Shown in pieces: positions 60,351 through 64,000 of a stretch of 64,000 nt of DNA. The stretch's first letter is position 1; every line of letters begins with the position of its first letter. The position numbers and the translations under genes were made by a program. The DNA comes from Perkinsus chesapeaki ATCC PRA-425. Its lineage: Eukaryota; Protista; Perkinsozoa. The notes under the pieces are model-generated. The model was not told the origin of the DNA and did no database searches. It saw nothing but the letters and a program-made list of their open reading frames with translations. The stretch lies in assembly GCA_013115145.1 (NCBI GenBank), contig JAAPAO010000045.1, positions 41,745 to 105,744 on the forward strand, given 5' to 3'.

Positions 60351-63300
60351 ATGACTTCATTCAGGGAAAGATTCGTGCGCAGAATGATGCGTATGTTTGA
60401 TAACTGGCCAGAGAAGCAGCAGGCAGTGGTGAGGCTCTCAATCACTTTGCCTTATCCCAGTTTTTTCCCGTAGGCCCTGGTGGCCGGCGAGGTGAGCGAT
60501 GATGCTTTAGAGCAGAAGACTCTTGCTATGCACCAGTGGCTACTTGGTGGGGAGCTACCTGAGACTATAATGGTAGGAAAAGTCGGTATGAAATGATACA
60601 GGGGATGGGGTTAGGTTGTGTTTGGTGGTGATAAAGATAAAAGATCGTTGTGGATATTGAGCGATCAGAAGAGGGCCGATATATTGGAGAAGTTGCTGGC
60701 AGGGGTTCCTTTGGAGGGCAAGTAAGTTGATGTCTACTGTCCAAAGGCACAGCTACAGTGGAAGTATTGTACATATGCGAAGGGTGCCTATAAGTGTCAT
60801 GGGCGATGAAATTGTGTAGGTTCACGATTCATTATGAAGTTTTAAATGGGGACAACGACACAAGTGTCTATGATAAAGTGTTCAGTAAGTTGTGTATTAA
60901 GTGTATTGTAAAGGTAGAGAGTTATTAGACGCGGCGAAGGCTATGGCGGGCGAACAAAAGTGTCAAGTCGGACTGTTGAAGAAAGAGAAGCATGCGGGGA
61001 AAATGGCTAAGGGATTCACCAATTATGTAGGAAATGACAAGAACGCTTTTCGACAGCGTTGAGCGATAAGGAAGAGGCTCATCCCGGGGCTGCCTGATCA
61101 GTTCTTGGAAAGCATATGTGTAGACGTCCTTAATATAACATTGACGATTTGATACGTTGACGTCACGACATGTAGAGTGGAAGCGGTAGAAGTAAATACG
61201 ATATACTATGGAAATTAGTAAAATACAGAGGTTGATCCCATACCGACTTCTTCTATACTCTCCGTGAAATATAGGGTGCCCTCCCGTGAATGACTCCTGT
61301 TCAGTGTTCATCGAGCGACACTCTAGCCCACGATAGCATCGGTAACGCTACGGCCACAGTGAGCTCTTGGATGGTAGTGAAGGATGAGGGGGAAGTAGAA
61401 AGCATGAAGAGAAGCGCTGTTTTCAGTAATGCACAGAAATAGTGAATGAACGTCATGGCTTTTATAGGCACACTTCTAATGAAGCAAGTGATGGTTAGAG
61501 ATGTGGAATCGGTAATGGGGCTACGGGGGGAGGGAAACCAGGTGGTTTTAGGTGATCGAAAATGACACTAAGAAGACCCATGAGCAAATCTGTGATAGTG
61601 TGGAGTCAGCTGCAGAGAATAAGGACATGTTGGATCGTTGGGCCAAGAAGTTCCCTTATTTGGCTGAGGGTAGGTTGGTCGGCTTATCAGAGCTGGTCAG
61701 AGTGGAGAGATATAGTAGGGCTTTCGGTACTAGAGAATCCGGAGATAGGGAACAAGCTTCATTATGAGATTAGTCTGCTGAGGGCTTCCTGACTGGTTGA
61801 ATGTGAAAGGGCGTGTTGGTTTTATTCAGATAAGGCGTTTGATGTGGTTTATACGTTAATACAGTCCGGCAAGGAGTTCAAGCTTCGCCCAGATGTTCAA
61901 CCTAATAGGGATAATCTAGACTTCAGCTGCATAGTGGCATCAGTTGGTGCTAAATATAAGGAGTATGCCACCAATATAACAAGTAAGAGGGAGAGAAGGA
62001 ATCCTTCAAGTCACCAACGACACTATTGCTTATGCATTAGAACGTAAAAGGCCGTAACTTGTCATAAGGTTGTACATGCTTAAAAGACTGGACCTGTCTT
62101 GTAGATTTCCTCCTCTTCTCATTCTCATCATCATCACGTACTCATATAGGGATGTATGGATATCACCGTGACTGAGCTACGGGCTTTGTGTTTGTGTCTT
62201 TTGTTTGCTCATATGTGCTTATAAGGTATTTGTTGTTTTTTGATAGGAACGCTTTTGGTGGATCCAACAAAGCATCAGAGAGCATACTACAATCTATGCC
62301 TGTCGACTATGGATGCCATTGTTAAAAGTAAGTTAAGGGAGGCATCAAGGAGCGTTGAGTGCTCATAGGCAAAACGCATTTCATTCTAGGCTGTGTGGGA
62401 GATGTACCTCCTACTATATCCCGCCATTAGGGATACCTTTCACGAGGTTCTTATCATATCTCTACGCCTTTGGATCTCCGCAATCGAATAGTTGTCTTCG
62501 ATTAGGTATTGATGGTGAGGAGTCTGTGACGTGCCAGGAGGTTTACAATGCTGCGGTTGAGCATATAAAGAGCAAAGTGATAGTATCCTGCAGGCTGCGG
62601 GCGCTTTTCAGTGGCTGTGCTTGGTTAGGCTGAAAGCGTTGAATTCCTCCACGACGCTCTGTCGCAATTTCAAAAGGACTGCGGTTACTCTATTGGCCTG
62701 GAGTTTAGGGACGGGCATATGTTATTGAACTCCAAGAACCATAAACATGTACTAGTTGAGGGCCGGAAAGAGGCGAACTCCCCGTGGCAGATTACGCCTG
62801 GTATGTGCCTCAATCTGAGCGTTGGATTCTCGGGTGATAAGATGGTTAATGAGAAGAAGAAGCCCTATGCGGTTTGGGTGTGCGATTCCGTTTATATTTC
62901 GACTGGTGCTGATGGAAAGATGAAGGTAATGGGCAAATAGAGAAGGAAAGGGGGGTAGAGGCGTTGCTGGCAGGTTGACATCTTGACGGCTGGAATGTCC
63001 TCTGGGAAGGATGAAGTGATGTAGGTCGTTGGTTCGATCCTCGGCAGAGGCATTTTGGTTGGAGGTACTATCTGGATACTGACCAGCCAGCGGAGAATGA
63101 GGAGGCAGCTAAGAAGGAGAAGAAGGAGAATGCGAAGAAAGAGAAGAAGAGTAAAAAAGATAAGAAACATCATGGTAAGAGCATATCGAGAATCGGCTGG
63201 GAAACAGCCCTGTATTATTATCGTTGGAAGAGGGTAGCCTCCCCTCGACTTTCTATGTTTTCTAACCATTTTTACGGCAGAGGTCTCGTGGGACAACCTT

Positions 63301-63849
63301 TGTTCTGATGGATCTATGTAACGTATATGTAGCGGTGGAATTGGCTTCCGACTCCTTTTGGCTTCCGCTGCACTTGAGTTACAACTTTGGGACATCTCAC
63401 CGCTGATGCCCCTCCTCCTCCTCATTACGTAGCGTTATGCGCCGTCTTGTTTGTTTCATTCCCCTTGTCATTAGCTTTCATGCGACTCTCTGTATAGACA
63501 AAACTCCTGATAAATCCAAAAAGGACAAGAGGCGTAAAGAAGAAGCCAGGTCTAGCGGAAGCCGACATAAGAAGCAGAAGAAGGACGATCTTATCATAGA
63601 GACCAGGTAGTAGCGCTCATTACAGTGAGTGTAGTGGAACGGGGAGCTATTGGCAACAGGCTCAGAACGAGACATAACCGATCTACAGCTGAGGACGAGG
63701 AGGAAAGGAAACGTTTAATGGACCAACAATACGAGTTGAGGGCACGTAAAGTGGAGGAGTGCCGGGCTAGGCTGTTGAGGTCTGGTGAGGATACTGGAGA
63801 CTCTGATGCTGACGCGGCGGCCAAGAATAAATGCTTGGATACATGCAAG
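60351..63849 (+). CDS. SPT16: FACT complex subunit SPT16, N-terminal part, truncated by end of sequence
   Basis: 'RFVRRMMRMFDNW', 'KTLAMHQWLLGGELPETIM', 'IVASVGAKYKEY', 'TLLVDPTKHQ', 'GYSIGLEFRD', 'PGMCLNLSVGF', 'RLRTR...EEERKRLMDQQYEL'. Confidence 0.9.
63022..63056 (+). other. tRNA-Met-like 3' half occupying a 44-nt SPT16 intron (63021-63064)
   Basis: AGGTCGTTGGTTCGATCCTCGGCAGAGGCATTTT resembles elongator tRNA-Met AGGTCGTGAGTTCGATCCTC...GGGGCA. Removing the intron gives the in-frame SPT16 sequence DEVM|YYLD. Confidence 0.45.
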
Positions 63850-63859
63850 GTGATATACG

Positions 63860-64000
63860 GGTTCGGGGGGGGGGGGGGGAAAACGGGGGGTTATTTTAAA
63901 CAAAACAAAAAATATAATTTTTTTAAAATTTTTTTTACCCAATTTAACAAAGTTATTTCCAAACGAGTTAGGGGGAAAGTTTTTATTAAATAAAGTATTT
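63860..64000. other. Low-quality, homopolymer-rich terminal sequence (probable read-end artefact)
   Basis: Abrupt shift to long G, A and T runs that breaks the SPT16 gene. Confidence 0.75.

Noticed and set aside
62892-63425. 177-aa minus-strand ORF with an apparent hydrophobic helix
   Set aside because: Reverse-complement shadow of the Lys/Glu-rich SPT16 exons.
63860-64000. G-run and AT-run terminal sequence as a telomere or G4 element
   Set aside because: No regular repeat unit, and it interrupts an essential gene; typical of a degraded read end.

Overview
Eukaryotic, intron-rich DNA (mostly 25-60 nt GT-AG introns, tightly packed genes). It is almost certainly from Perkinsus (Alveolata, Perkinsozoa), based on a myzozoan-type ATP synthase subunit b, an ApiCox13-like CDGSH protein, a RAP/HPR-type protein and a relic of the Perkinsus spliced leader. 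I rebuilt spliced gene models by eye, so exon boundaries are approximate. Housekeeping genes: HSCB, p24, CDGSH protein, ATP synthase b, a large kinase with a C-terminal pseudophosphatase-like domain, a cyclic-nucleotide-binding K+ channel, RlmN-like methyltransferase, UVSSA-like protein, a PX protein, a RING protein, a family III CoA-transferase, an ERD2-like receptor and SPT16 (cut off by low-quality sequence at the end). Two accessory regions stand out. (1) 29.4-35.3 kb: three secreted-protein genes built from an unrecognised ~110-aa exon-encoded module, including a recent unequal-crossover triplication. (2) 42-52.8 kb: a same-strand array of seven TLC-domain genes plus decayed fragments and a Tc1/mariner-like MITE. 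Also present: a 35-bp G-rich minisatellite spanning an assembly gap and three tRNA-like relics. No CRISPR array or rRNA was found.
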